Shown piece after piece: positions 1 through 8,856 of a stretch of DNA of 64,000 nucleotides (its first letter is position 1; each line of letters opens with the position of its first letter). A program made the position numbers and the translations under genes. Source of the stretch: Candidatus Latescibacterota bacterium (GTDB lineage Bacteria > Latescibacterota > UBA2968); assembly GCA_965208125.1 (NCBI GenBank), contig OZ242320.1, positions 4,352,001-4,416,000 on the forward strand, read 5' to 3'. The notes under the pieces are model-generated. The model saw nothing but the letters and a program-made list of their open reading frames with translations, was not told the origin of the DNA and did no database searches.

Positions 1-196
1 CTAACCTATAAAAGCCGACGATCTGTCCCATTTCTTCTACTACATAGACGGTGTGATGGCTAATATCTTGTTGGGTATAAGTTAGATCCTGGCGGCATGC
101 TTCAAGAAAATCTGCATCGTAGTTCCAATGCGCTTTTGAGCACATTGCAAGGTTACTCAACGCTTCATTTTCGTCAGCTTTTGCAGTTCTGATCAT
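1..196 (-). CDS. GNAT family N-acetyltransferase (cassette gene, runs off window start)
   Basis: Manual translation from ATG at 196: MIRTAKADENEALSNLAMCSKAHWNYDADFLEACRQDL...VGFYRL, a typical GNAT N-terminus; follows the GTTAAATGTAAT cassette start. Confidence 0.8.
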   Translation of the reverse strand, partial: MIRTAKADENEALSNLAMCSKAHWNYDADFLEACRQDLTYTQQDISHHTVYVVEEMGQIVGFYRL

Positions 197-230
197 TGGC
201 GTGATCCCGATAATATGTATTTCTCATTAC

Positions 231-373
231 ATTTAACGGTTTATGGCTTGCGAACCGAGCAGGGGGTGGACGAAGGCCGACGGCTCTTGAAAAGAATCCC
301 CGCCAGAAAACTTATCTCGCAGGGATTTTATGGTGCAGAAATGGTTGATAATGGCAGACTAAATTTGCTACGC
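231..373 (-). repeat. Degenerate attC-like site
   Basis: Right arm CGCAAGCCATAAACC-GTTAAAT (minus) resembles the intact sites; left core is degenerate (GCTACGCGGCAT on + at 367). Confidence 0.5.
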
Positions 374-413
374 GGCATACCTACAGGAGTCAATAGTGTA
401 GAATATCAAACGA

Positions 414-587
414 TCAACCTAAATTTTCAGTCACTGGTTTGGATTCTATCAATTGATCCTGATACTCTTTCTGGCGTTCCATATAGTAAGCGACCAGTTG
501 TGCAGGATCATGGTCGAAACGTGCTGAGATACGGTGACGTATCTTCCGAATTTCGTCTATGACTGGGTCATTCTGATTCTTTTTCAT
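414..587 (-). CDS. Small protein downstream of PIN gene, putative antitoxin
   Basis: MKKNQNDPVIDEIRKIRHRIS...; overlaps the PIN gene stop. Confidence 0.65.
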   Translation of the reverse strand: MKKNQNDPVIDEIRKIRHRISARFDHDPAQLVAYYMERQKEYQDQLIESKPVTENLG

Positions 588-1062
588 TGTTGTCTCCAAG
601 TAGCTCTAAGGGCGTGACCAAGGTTGGCACATATAGCCCCAGCAAAGTATTCACGCGGCGAATGTGGCCAAATTTGTTTGCATTGGCCAAATGACGACAA
701 TTCCAGGTGGCCAAAAATTCGCATTTGTGAAAAGACGCCAGTGCCAAATGGATCGCATCACCTCCAGGATCAGCGGGCATTACCTTGTGCTGAATGTACG
801 TCTGTACGATTTCCAAAATCGCTGGCTCGATGGCCAAAAGGGGTAGGTCCCTAACAACAGCCAATCGTAGTTCCGTGCGCTCTGGAATATCGCCCATTAA
901 TTCGTCCAGAACTGCTGGACTTGTCACCAGGTCATATTGATTTGGCGCATTGTCCCACCACTCCCGAGTCCAGTCTCGTCGAGCTATAATATCAGGGGCA
1001 GTGCGTCTTTCGACGTAAAAACTGGGAATCGAAGTTTCAACATAGACACGTGGTTTGGCCAT
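568..1062 (-). CDS. PIN-domain (VapC-like) ribonuclease toxin
   Basis: VYVETSIPS, DAIHLALA and LATWNCRHLAN motifs. Confidence 0.85.
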   Translation of the reverse strand: MAKPRVYVETSIPSFYVERRTAPDIIARRDWTREWWDNAPNQYDLVTSPAVLDELMGDIPERTELRLAVVRDLPLLAIEPAILEIVQTYIQHKVMPADPGGDAIHLALASFHKCEFLATWNCRHLANANKFGHIRRVNTLLGLYVPTLVTPLELLGDNNEKESE

Positions 1063-1135
1063 ATTTATAAAATACCGCAATTAGCTTGGAAAGGGTAGAG
1101 TAAATTTGTTTGTCTACCAAACTTGGGATCTGCCA

Positions 1136-2026
1136 TCAACGCACCTGCCCCATAGGCCATTCCGAGGTCGGCCTACCTTGCCACGTTGATCGCCTGAAGA
1201 ATCGCCCGCCTGGGGGGCGGCTAAACCAGCTACTAATTGCGATTCCCCAAAAGTGCTCAAAGGACCTGTCTTTTAGATTTGCGTCACAGTATGCGTAGTG
1301 CGACAAGACCTCGTCGAGGAATGACTCTCCGTATATCCAGAACCCATAGAAATCCTTAGCGGGATCTGTGATTTCGACGTCTCCCCAGTCTATGATCCCA
1401 GTAAGTCTTCCGGTCAAGGGGTCATGATAGATGTGTTTGTACCAGAGGTCGTTGTGAGCCAGCACAGACTCGTATGAATGATCGATGCTTTCACTTCTTT
1501 CGATCCATGCTTCGAAAACATTGCGGACCTCACATTGAAGCTCGTCAGCCCGTTCAACGAATAACGCCTTCCACATCCTGCGACGCCTAACCGATGTGTC
1601 GCCCTCTTCTACGCCGAGGCTCCGTGCCTTCGCGACCGGGTAGCTGTGGAGTTCGCTGATGAAAACACCCAGCCTCTGAGCGGCCTCACTGCGGTTCGCC
1701 TTGGAAAGTCTCCAAAACCGCCACGGCGAGAGTCGAGTCCCCGAAATTGTGTGGTATCCCGCAAAATCTGACGCCTTCGGCACGAATGCATAGTCGGGAA
1801 TGGGTATTGCCTTCAGGTTGCTTCTAAGGGCATCCAGGACGGTCCGCTCCCTCGTCAGATTTGTATCCACATCGTTCTCGAACCGGAAAGCGATGCCATT
1901 GTCCAACAGAATCATTACATGATCGGGATCGGCAATGGTCTGAACTCTTCGGTAATTTGCCCACATGAGATCTGGAAAGGCGTTTCTGATTCTCTCCAGG
2001 TAGTAGCTGGAAGCCAATGGGGGCAT
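1136..2026 (-). CDS. Aminoglycoside phosphotransferase / choline kinase-like protein
   Basis: HNDLWYKHI and IIDWGD motifs; start moved to ATG 2026 because the longer ORF crosses an attC. Confidence 0.8.
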   Translation of the reverse strand: MPPLASSYYLERIRNAFPDLMWANYRRVQTIADPDHVMILLDNGIAFRFENDVDTNLTRERTVLDALRSNLKAIPIPDYAFVPKASDFAGYHTISGTRLSPWRFWRLSKANRSEAAQRLGVFISELHSYPVAKARSLGVEEGDTSVRRRRMWKALFVERADELQCEVRNVFEAWIERSESIDHSYESVLAHNDLWYKHIYHDPLTGRLTGIIDWGDVEITDPAKDFYGFWIYGESFLDEVLSHYAYCDANLKDRSFEHFWGIAISSWFSRPPGGRFFRRSTWQGRPTSEWPMGQVR

Positions 2027-2062
2027 GGGGACCTGCCAAAGAGGATTAATTGTCGCGATTTC

Positions 2063-2117
2063 CGCTAACTGTTGGGTGAAGCCCGAATGGCCGAAGCCGT
2101 GTACAGTCGTGTTATGC
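2063..2117 (-). repeat. Short attC-like site, probably internally deleted
   Basis: GCATAAC-ACGACTGTACACGGCTTCGGC...-GTTAGCG (minus); left arm resembles the site at 15123-15206. Confidence 0.65.
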
Positions 2118-2196
2118 GGTGTGCTCACTTCATTACGGCAGGAGAAACTCTGTGGAAAGGTTCCGCAAGCCTGGAGTTAGTGACCGTGCTCCCTCC

Positions 2197-2673
2197 CTAC
2201 TCACGCTCCACGAAATACTTCTTAAATCCACGACTCGTCCCATCTTGCATACCAAGGCTTCTATAGAATCCCACCTGATCTTCGTTTGGACCGCTGAGTA
2301 ACTGTAGCTTGTAGCAGCCCTTCTCTTCGGCAAGGTTAATCGCAAATGTCATCAGTTTTTTCCCAAATCCTTTGCCTCTTTGTTCGCGTGCAACAACGAC
2401 ATTCTCGATGATAGCCCAAGGGCGCCCTTCGTAAGTAAAATTCGGAACGATTGCCATTATGAGGGTGGCGACTATTTCCTTGTCCGATTCGCCCACAACG
2501 ATGAATATGTTGCCGTAGTCAGACATCTCATCAAAGATCCGGATCGACTCTTCGAGTCCGAGAGTCTTGGCCGAAAGACTATGGGGACGGCTCGTGATCT
2601 GAGGAAAGAGATTTAGCAGAGATTCGACGTCTAATCTGGTCGCAACTCGGCAAGAAATGTCTGAATGATTCAT
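2197..2673 (-). CDS. GNAT family N-acetyltransferase
   Basis: IENVVVAREQRGKGFGKKLM motif A; GCYKLQL. Confidence 0.9.
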   Translation of the reverse strand: MNHSDISCRVATRLDVESLLNLFPQITSRPHSLSAKTLGLEESIRIFDEMSDYGNIFIVVGESDKEIVATLIMAIVPNFTYEGRPWAIIENVVVAREQRGKGFGKKLMTFAINLAEEKGCYKLQLLSGPNEDQVGFYRSLGMQDGTSRGFKKYFVERE

Positions 2674-2689
2674 CCGGTGACCTTTCTCG

Positions 2690-2712
2690 ACTACGGACGT
2701 GTTAGCAGAAGT
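2690..2712 (-). repeat. Truncated attC (left core only)
   Basis: TGCTAAC-ACGTCCGT follows the map stop and matches the first bases of the 15206 site's left arm; the remainder is missing. Confidence 0.55.
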
Positions 2713-2720
2713 CAAGCCGC

Positions 2721-3240
2721 TCAGGCCGCAGTTAGCAAGATAGGCCAGCCATCGGTAATAACGACGGTATGCTCAAAATGAGCCGAAAGAGATCCGTTTG
2801 AGGTCCTCACGGTCCAACCGTCGCAATCTTCAACGGCCCGGGCTGGATGCTCGGCAATCATAGGCTCAATGGTGATCACAAGACCATTCGTAAGCGGCTT
2901 CGAATCGAACGGATTGTAGGTGTTTGCAACGATGGGATCTTCATGGATAACCCGACCTACCCCGTGCCCCGCAAGCTCATTGACAACCCAGAATCCTTGT
3001 CGTTTCACCTCGTGCTCTACGGCATGACCGATGCAATTGATCGGTTTGTTTGCACGAGCTACGGCCACCGCCTTTTCGAATGCCGTACGAGCACATCGAC
3101 ACAATCTATCGGCTTTCGCGGAATATGGAGGAATCGGGATGGTGATTGCTGCATCTGCAATGTAGCCATTCAGTTCAGCGGTGACATCCAGGCTTACAAT
3201 GTCACCCTGTTCCAGCACTCGATCACCCAGAATACCGTTT
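2721..3240 (-). pseudogene. map: N-terminally truncated type I methionine aminopeptidase
   Basis: GDIVSLD, DAAIT, GHGVG.IHE, TIEPMI, SAHFEHT motifs; begins at NGILGDR (cf. HGIP), so the N-terminal third is missing. Confidence 0.8.
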
Positions 3241-3255
3241 TGAAGGTGATAACTT

Positions 3256-4587
3256 TCAATATTTTAGTTTTATTATTTTATTTGCTTCTCGGAGACCGCT
3301 TAAAAAAGCTCCGTGTACCGTTCCTCTATAGTCAAAAATAGTGTGTTCACCAGCAAAAAATACTTTATTGCCAATGGGTTCTTCAAACACCTCAAAATCT
3401 GAACTTCTAGAACCACTAGCAACAAATGAGTAGGCGCCGAATGAATACGGGTTTTCGTTCCATTTTGTTCTTAACATATGAGTTGGGTGAGGTATGTCGT
3501 TTCCATAAATCCTTTTAAGATGTAACATAATTTCTTTGATAATCTGTTCATTTGTCATTGTCTCGGTTTGTTTAGAGTAGTCACCAAAAGCAAAAGTCAT
3601 TAACGCATTGGCATCTGCAAACTTTTTTACATTTAAGAAGTAATTGAATTTTCCTTTTGTCTCGGGTGTATAGCCAATATATTGTAGATCTTCTTCCCAA
3701 AATATATCGTCCCAGACTAAAAGAAATTTATTTACTGTACCCATCTTCAGGTTGTTGATGGCGTTTTGGATTTTATTGGGTAAGGCTGGCGTGAATTGTA
3801 TTACGTTCTTCTTGAGTACACCTAAAGGCACAGTAACCAAAACTATATCTGCTGTATAGTTACCATTAGTTGTTTGAATAGAAACCTTATCTTTAGAATA
3901 GTCAATATCTACGACTTTTGTGTTTAATCGAACATCAATGTCCTGGGCTAAATAATTGGTTATATGGTCGTAACCATTTGTAATGATAACATCTTTGCCC
4001 TTAAAAGCTTCATCATCATCAAAATCTAATGAGGACAGCTTGTAAATATCTCCTCCAGTATCAAATTCTAAAAAGGCTGATAGCATATAAGTCCAAAGTC
4101 TTTGATTTTTGTATTGAGGATATTTTTTATAGAAAATATCTGCAAAACTCTGGTCTCTATTACCTGCCAAATTCTCTAAAATGTCGTTGTACTTATCTTC
4201 TGCTGCGTCTAGTTTTTTAGGGATATATTCAGAACCATCTATGTCAAAAACTTTAACATGGAAATCGTCTGTAAAAAAGGTTTTAGCTCCTGACGCATTT
4301 GCAAGTTTAGTAATAGGGTTTTTTATAGGACCGTGAATCCAACTTGCTCCTTCGTCAAAGGCTACTCCAAGACTTCTATCTGTTTTTAATCGTCCGCCAA
4401 CTTTCTCTTGTGCTTCTAAAACAATAGGATTAAATCCATTTTTCTTTAGTTGATTAGCAGCACTTAAACCTGAAATTCCCGCTCCAATGATGATGACGTT
4501 CTTTTTGACCTGTTTGTTTCTATTTGGACTTAGAACGCTACAGGACGAAATGGCAAAAATAAAGAAAAGTAATAATATTTTTTTCAT
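3256..4587 (-). CDS. Flavin monoamine/polyamine oxidase family lipoprotein
   Basis: Lipoprotein-like signal MKKILLLFFIFAISSC; GAGISG, EAQEKVGGR and FAGEHT...GTVHGAFLSG motifs; markedly AT-rich. Confidence 0.9.
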   Translation of the reverse strand: MKKILLLFFIFAISSCSVLSPNRNKQVKKNVIIIGAGISGLSAANQLKKNGFNPIVLEAQEKVGGRLKTDRSLGVAFDEGASWIHGPIKNPITKLANASGAKTFFTDDFHVKVFDIDGSEYIPKKLDAAEDKYNDILENLAGNRDQSFADIFYKKYPQYKNQRLWTYMLSAFLEFDTGGDIYKLSSLDFDDDEAFKGKDVIITNGYDHITNYLAQDIDVRLNTKVVDIDYSKDKVSIQTTNGNYTADIVLVTVPLGVLKKNVIQFTPALPNKIQNAINNLKMGTVNKFLLVWDDIFWEEDLQYIGYTPETKGKFNYFLNVKKFADANALMTFAFGDYSKQTETMTNEQIIKEIMLHLKRIYGNDIPHPTHMLRTKWNENPYSFGAYSFVASGSRSSDFEVFEEPIGNKVFFAGEHTIFDYRGTVHGAFLSGLREANKIIKLKY

Positions 4588-4610
4588 AGAGATTGGTCCT
4601 AATGGCACAC

Positions 4611-4687
4611 AACTACGAGATTGACGAACAGTTACGATAATACGTACCAAATCTATGTATCTTCGACCTTGCGGAAATTCTTCCCTT
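4611..4687 (-). repeat. Second copy of the attI-like site
   Basis: 67/77 identical to 15970-16046; similarity stops at the GTT core. Confidence 0.8.
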
Positions 4688-4711
4688 TATTTCGTGCTTC
4701 TAACCATTGCT

Positions 4712-5692
4712 TTAGCGAACGTTGGCTCTCTCCTGAAGGTCGGCCAGTCCATATATTTCCGACGCTAATATCCTCATTTTGCATGGGTTTGACTGCAAAT
4801 CTCGGTGGAAGTCGTAGGTCCAGTCAACGGGCCGGAATCCCATGTTCGCGTACAGTGAAAGGGCTGGACCGTTGTCTTCGTTCGTACCGATGATCGCGCT
4901 CCGGTATCCTAATTGCGAGGCGTCGTACAGGCCGCGCTGAAGTGTCAACCATCCGTAGCCCTTCCCCTGTTCTGCCTCCACAACGTCAACATCATTCACG
5001 CAGAGCCAAGGACCCTCTCCCTTCTTTACTTCAGATGTCCTGAATGGGCGGCTGAAGTACACACCAACCTCACTGGCGTTCAGAAACGATGTAACACGAA
5101 GTGCAGGCATGTCGCCATCCTCGGGCACAGTTTCAGATCGGAAATCCAGAGGGCAGGACGCGGGAATCGGTTCCTGCGAGAAGCACGGCCACTCAAGTAT
5201 TACGTGACCTCTACTACGAACGTAGCCACGTGCGGCCAAGAGCCCCTGGACGTGAGCCAGGTGATTCGACAAGCTGGCCTGGGGAAGAGATCTGAAGAAG
5301 GGAAAGTTTCTCGAGAAGATCGTGACCGAGGACGCATTGTTCTCCAATGCGTGAGACTCAACTGCGTTGAGTAGCATCTGGCCAGCTCGTCGGCATCCAC
5401 GTTTGTATCCGAGGAATCGGACAATTCCTCTGCCTGTAGGCCTCATGGTCCCGGTGTGTCCTTGCCCTACTAAGGCAAGCCCAACAACCTCGGAACCTGA
5501 AACAGCGACCAGCTTCACTTCTGGCTGGATCCTTCTGTTCTTTCTTCTCTCGTTTCCTCCAACGGCGAAATCAATTTCGTCGGGAGTAAGGGACCTGCAA
5601 TGCGGAACTCCACCAACCAGATCTGCGAAGAACGTAGCCAGGTCCCTCGCCATACTGCTGGTGTAGTTGACGGTTTCAATTCTGCGATTCAT
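4712..5692 (-). CDS. Tandem-domain GNAT acetyltransferase
   Basis: VVEAEQGKGYG and NGPALSLYANMGF motifs; N-terminal degenerate GNAT domain. Confidence 0.75.
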   Translation of the reverse strand: MNRRIETVNYTSSMARDLATFFADLVGGVPHCRSLTPDEIDFAVGGNERRKNRRIQPEVKLVAVSGSEVVGLALVGQGHTGTMRPTGRGIVRFLGYKRGCRRAGQMLLNAVESHALENNASSVTIFSRNFPFFRSLPQASLSNHLAHVQGLLAARGYVRSRGHVILEWPCFSQEPIPASCPLDFRSETVPEDGDMPALRVTSFLNASEVGVYFSRPFRTSEVKKGEGPWLCVNDVDVVEAEQGKGYGWLTLQRGLYDASQLGYRSAIIGTNEDNGPALSLYANMGFRPVDWTYDFHRDLQSNPCKMRILASEIYGLADLQERANVR

Positions 5693-5758
5693 TTTTGAAC
5701 TGACCGTTCAGTCAAATTGTGAAAACCTCAAGAGAAAGTCTAATCATCTTCGCTTGTA

Positions 5759-6283
5759 TCAGTCAACCCATTTCGTCTTTGAAGTAAAGTCTTTGATTTC
5801 TTCTTCCAGGTTCCTCAGAGATTCCTCAATTTTCTTTATTTCCGCCTCCGGTGCATCCTTAAGTCGCAAGTTTTCCAATCGAAGTTGCAGGATTTCACGC
5901 TGCGTAACATAGCCGTAGCCTTTGAGTTGAGTTACAAGATTCGGGAACCCAATATGCTGCGTGTCCCAGTCCAGGATTGTGTATTGAGCTATCTTCCTGC
6001 CTTCCACTTTAAAGGTGACAGACTTCCCTTCTGCTACCTGAGAAACGTAAATAAAGCCCCGCTTCCGAAAGCGCTCATTGTCGCTATTCTCAGCGAGCAA
6101 TCGAGTTAGTCCTTGAACTTTTCGGAAGTGTTCATCGACTCTGCTCACAGCCTTGCTGAATTTCTGGTGATTGAATTGGTCCAGCCTGACTTTCCACCAA
6201 TCCTCTGCTTGTGAAACCGTTGTTGAAAGGAGTACTGCAAGTAGGGTGAAAGCAAGAATACGATTGCCCATGTGGTCCACCAT
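5759..6283 (-). CDS. Secreted hypothetical protein with C-terminal coiled coil
   Basis: Signal peptide ILAFTLLAVLLSTTVSQA; EK-rich C-terminal helix. Confidence 0.6.
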   Translation of the reverse strand: MVDHMGNRILAFTLLAVLLSTTVSQAEDWWKVRLDQFNHQKFSKAVSRVDEHFRKVQGLTRLLAENSDNERFRKRGFIYVSQVAEGKSVTFKVEGRKIAQYTILDWDTQHIGFPNLVTQLKGYGYVTQREILQLRLENLRLKDAPEAEIKKIEESLRNLEEEIKDFTSKTKWVD

Positions 6284-6370
6284 TTTAAAGGAAGAGGGGT
6301 TCGGGTTGATCAGAAAGATTTCTGCGTCAGGTTCAAATTTGTTAATGCCTGAGATGTGAGCCTACTCACT

Positions 6371-6425
6371 GTTGTGTTATGCGGCATGCTCACTTCTTTA
6401 CGGAGGGAGAAGCTCTGTGGAAAGG
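6371..6425 (-). repeat. Cassette 3'-end element with left attC core, repeated at 2106-2160
   Basis: 48/55 identical to 2106-2160; contains GCATAAC (minus). Confidence 0.7.
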
Positions 6426-7783
6426 CCCCCCGAGAAACCTCTTTCTTTGATTTGCGCCACGAAGCCATTGATCTCCGCCTGACTCAAGATATCATTTCCA
6501 CTTATAATAAGCTGGCCACCCAGGTGAGCCAGGTTCTTCAGTCCTCTCAGACTTCTTAGTCGTGGATTGTTGCTGATTTCCAAATGGCCGCCAATGGATG
6601 TAAGATGCTCCAGGCCTTCCAGACTCTCCAGTTGTTCGTTCTGGCGTATGTAGAGGAAGCCTCCAATTTCCTTTAGTGCTTGCAGACCATCGAGGACGGC
6701 AAGGTTGTTGTTGGCCGTAATATGTATGCCGCGGGAGACGTACCGTAGGCTTCGCAGCCCCTGCAAGTCTCGCAGGGAGTGGTTAGATACGATCAGCAAG
6801 CGACCATCAATAGACTCGATTCTATGAAGTCCCTCCAGCGACGCCAGCTTTGGATGGCCGTCCAGGCGGAGATCCCTTGGTACAGTTTTGATTCTGTTTA
6901 GGGATGCGATGCTCTGTAGTGATTCGTTGTGGAGTATGTAAATGTCTCTGCCTACTCTCTCTACATTGAGCCCATCCAGGTTGAGCAGGTCGGGATTCCG
7001 AATAAGCTTCAGGTCCCGCGCTACATTGGTGATCGTCTCACATTGGGTAATGCCATGAAGACCATCGCACCGGAAGATGCATAGATCACCGTATGTGGCA
7101 GCCAGACGATTATGCGATATGTCCTTCTCCTGGAGGCCTGGCGATAGGTGGGAAAGGATTGTCGTCAAGTATTCAGGCCATTGATGGTCGGTCATATCGA
7201 TTCTGCATACTCGGACGTCCAGCTTGCCAATTAACTCATCCGTCATCTCTCGAAACGCGGTATAGAGTTGGGCGTAGCCAGCGAATCCTCTCCACCCATT
7301 CCTCTTAGCCCGAGCCCGTGTGGTGACCTTGAGGTTGATCTGGGTATTCTCCCAGCGATTTCCCCGGTCATCACAGGTACGTCGCAGGAAACTCGGCACG
7401 TCAGACTGCATCAGATAAACCACAGTCGGGTTGAGTTGCGAAACTGCATTAATGACTCCTCGAACGTAGTTCTCGATTGTGACGGGTTCAACGTCGTTGA
7501 AGAACAGCTCTGCCGTATTGCGATGAAATAGCTGGCCATCGAGGACGGTGACCGAATCGTTCTGCGCTCTTGAGGCGGTGAAGTCTCGCCATCTTTCCAG
7601 ACTCTCCTCTATCTGGCAGGCCTCGCCTTGCCACTCCATCCGAGTTGGATGATTTGGATCCTTCTCATGAATATGTGCGGTTGGTATCCCGTTTCGTTCA
7701 AGCTGCGAGCAAAGGAACTCTGCTGTATTGGTCTTCCCGGAGCCAGGGATTCCTTCCACAAAGATCAACTTGGTGTTCAGCAA
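6398..7783 (-). CDS. P-loop nucleotide kinase-like domain fused to receptor-L/leucine-rich repeats
   Basis: IFVEGIPGSGKT Walker A; repeated LxxLxGLxxLxxIGGxLxIxxN units; TTG start after GGAGG. Confidence 0.7.
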   Translation of the reverse strand: MLNTKLIFVEGIPGSGKTNTAEFLCSQLERNGIPTAHIHEKDPNHPTRMEWQGEACQIEESLERWRDFTASRAQNDSVTVLDGQLFHRNTAELFFNDVEPVTIENYVRGVINAVSQLNPTVVYLMQSDVPSFLRRTCDDRGNRWENTQINLKVTTRARAKRNGWRGFAGYAQLYTAFREMTDELIGKLDVRVCRIDMTDHQWPEYLTTILSHLSPGLQEKDISHNRLAATYGDLCIFRCDGLHGITQCETITNVARDLKLIRNPDLLNLDGLNVERVGRDIYILHNESLQSIASLNRIKTVPRDLRLDGHPKLASLEGLHRIESIDGRLLIVSNHSLRDLQGLRSLRYVSRGIHITANNNLAVLDGLQALKEIGGFLYIRQNEQLESLEGLEHLTSIGGHLEISNNPRLRSLRGLKNLAHLGGQLIISGNDILSQAEINGFVAQIKERGFSGGLSTELLPP

Positions 7784-7888
7784 TGCAGCCTCCGTGATGG
7801 CTGTAGTGTTCTGCCCAAAACGGCCTCTCACGAGCTTGTTGGCTCGATTACATAAACACCAGAACGGATGCAGTTCTATGTGGACCTG

Positions 7889-8635
7889 TTAAGCACCCTG
7901 TGGGGGACCGGATATAGGTTTTCCCAACCTCATGAGTAATAACATCGGCCAACCAAGATCAAAATCTTCTGGAAACTCAGTCCAGTACTCCTTCGCTCTG
8001 GGCGACTTCTCAAGCAGGCATTCGTCAGCAAGATGCTCCTCAATGCGATCAATCTGAAGTTGGGCCTTCAAGGCTGCATTGACATAGTCCGCGGTCTGGT
8101 GGTGATAGCCCTCGACGTTAACCTTTTGGCCTGTCTTCATATCAGTGAAGCGAGCCTGTAGGCGACGGAGACGCATCGCTGGGTGGAGTTCTGAGATGAG
8201 AATGAAACCTCCTGGCCGACAGATCCTCGCCATTTCTCCGATTACTGGATCCAAACCAGAAATGTGCTCCAGGACGAGGCAGCATAGGACGCGATCAAAG
8301 GTATCATTCTCGAATGGGAGGCGCTCTGTCAGATCATGGGTAACGAATCGCACATCGTGGTCTTTCGTCTTCTCAATAGCTTGCGCCATCATTTCTGGAG
8401 CGAAGTCAATTGCGGTCACCCTGGCACCTGCTTCTGACAGATAGAGGGTATGACGTCCCGTACCGCAGCCGATATCAGCGACGCTGAGTTCTTGGACATT
8501 CCCCAACAGGGATCGCAATAGCGGCTCTTCCAAAATAATCAAGGAATTGTCCTGCGTATCGTACGTCTCAGACCAACGAGCGTAGCCTTGCCGGACAGGT
8601 ACGGTTTCAAGATCGGCCCCAGACCCGTCATTCAT
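7889..8635 (-). CDS. Class I SAM-dependent methyltransferase
   Basis: VADIGCGTGR, LPFENDTFD, RPGG motifs. Confidence 0.9.
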   Translation of the reverse strand: MNDGSGADLETVPVRQGYARWSETYDTQDNSLIILEEPLLRSLLGNVQELSVADIGCGTGRHTLYLSEAGARVTAIDFAPEMMAQAIEKTKDHDVRFVTHDLTERLPFENDTFDRVLCCLVLEHISGLDPVIGEMARICRPGGFILISELHPAMRLRRLQARFTDMKTGQKVNVEGYHHQTADYVNAALKAQLQIDRIEEHLADECLLEKSPRAKEYWTEFPEDFDLGWPMLLLMRLGKPISGPPQGA

Positions 8636-8856
8636 GTTGTATGCCTCCAGGATAATGCCGGTGGTCCTGCCCAAAGTTAATACTCAAATAAGATAGCCCC
8701 AACAGCATCGAGTCGATATTGGTTGCCATCGTATGCAATCGTCGTAACGGAGCATTCACGCATTACTTCACCACTGTATGGGTCATTGCAGAATTCCGGA
8801 CTGATGCGACTCAGTTCTTCAGATTCGCCCCCGACTGAACACAACTCGGTGGAAAA

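Noticed and set aside
1136-2026. Bona fide aminoglycoside resistance gene
   Set aside because: Only generic APH-fold motifs are visible; substrate cannot be inferred
2027-2128. N-terminal extension of the phosphotransferase ORF (similarly 4588-4650 for the oxidase)
   Set aside because: The extensions cross recombination sites; downstream ATGs fit better
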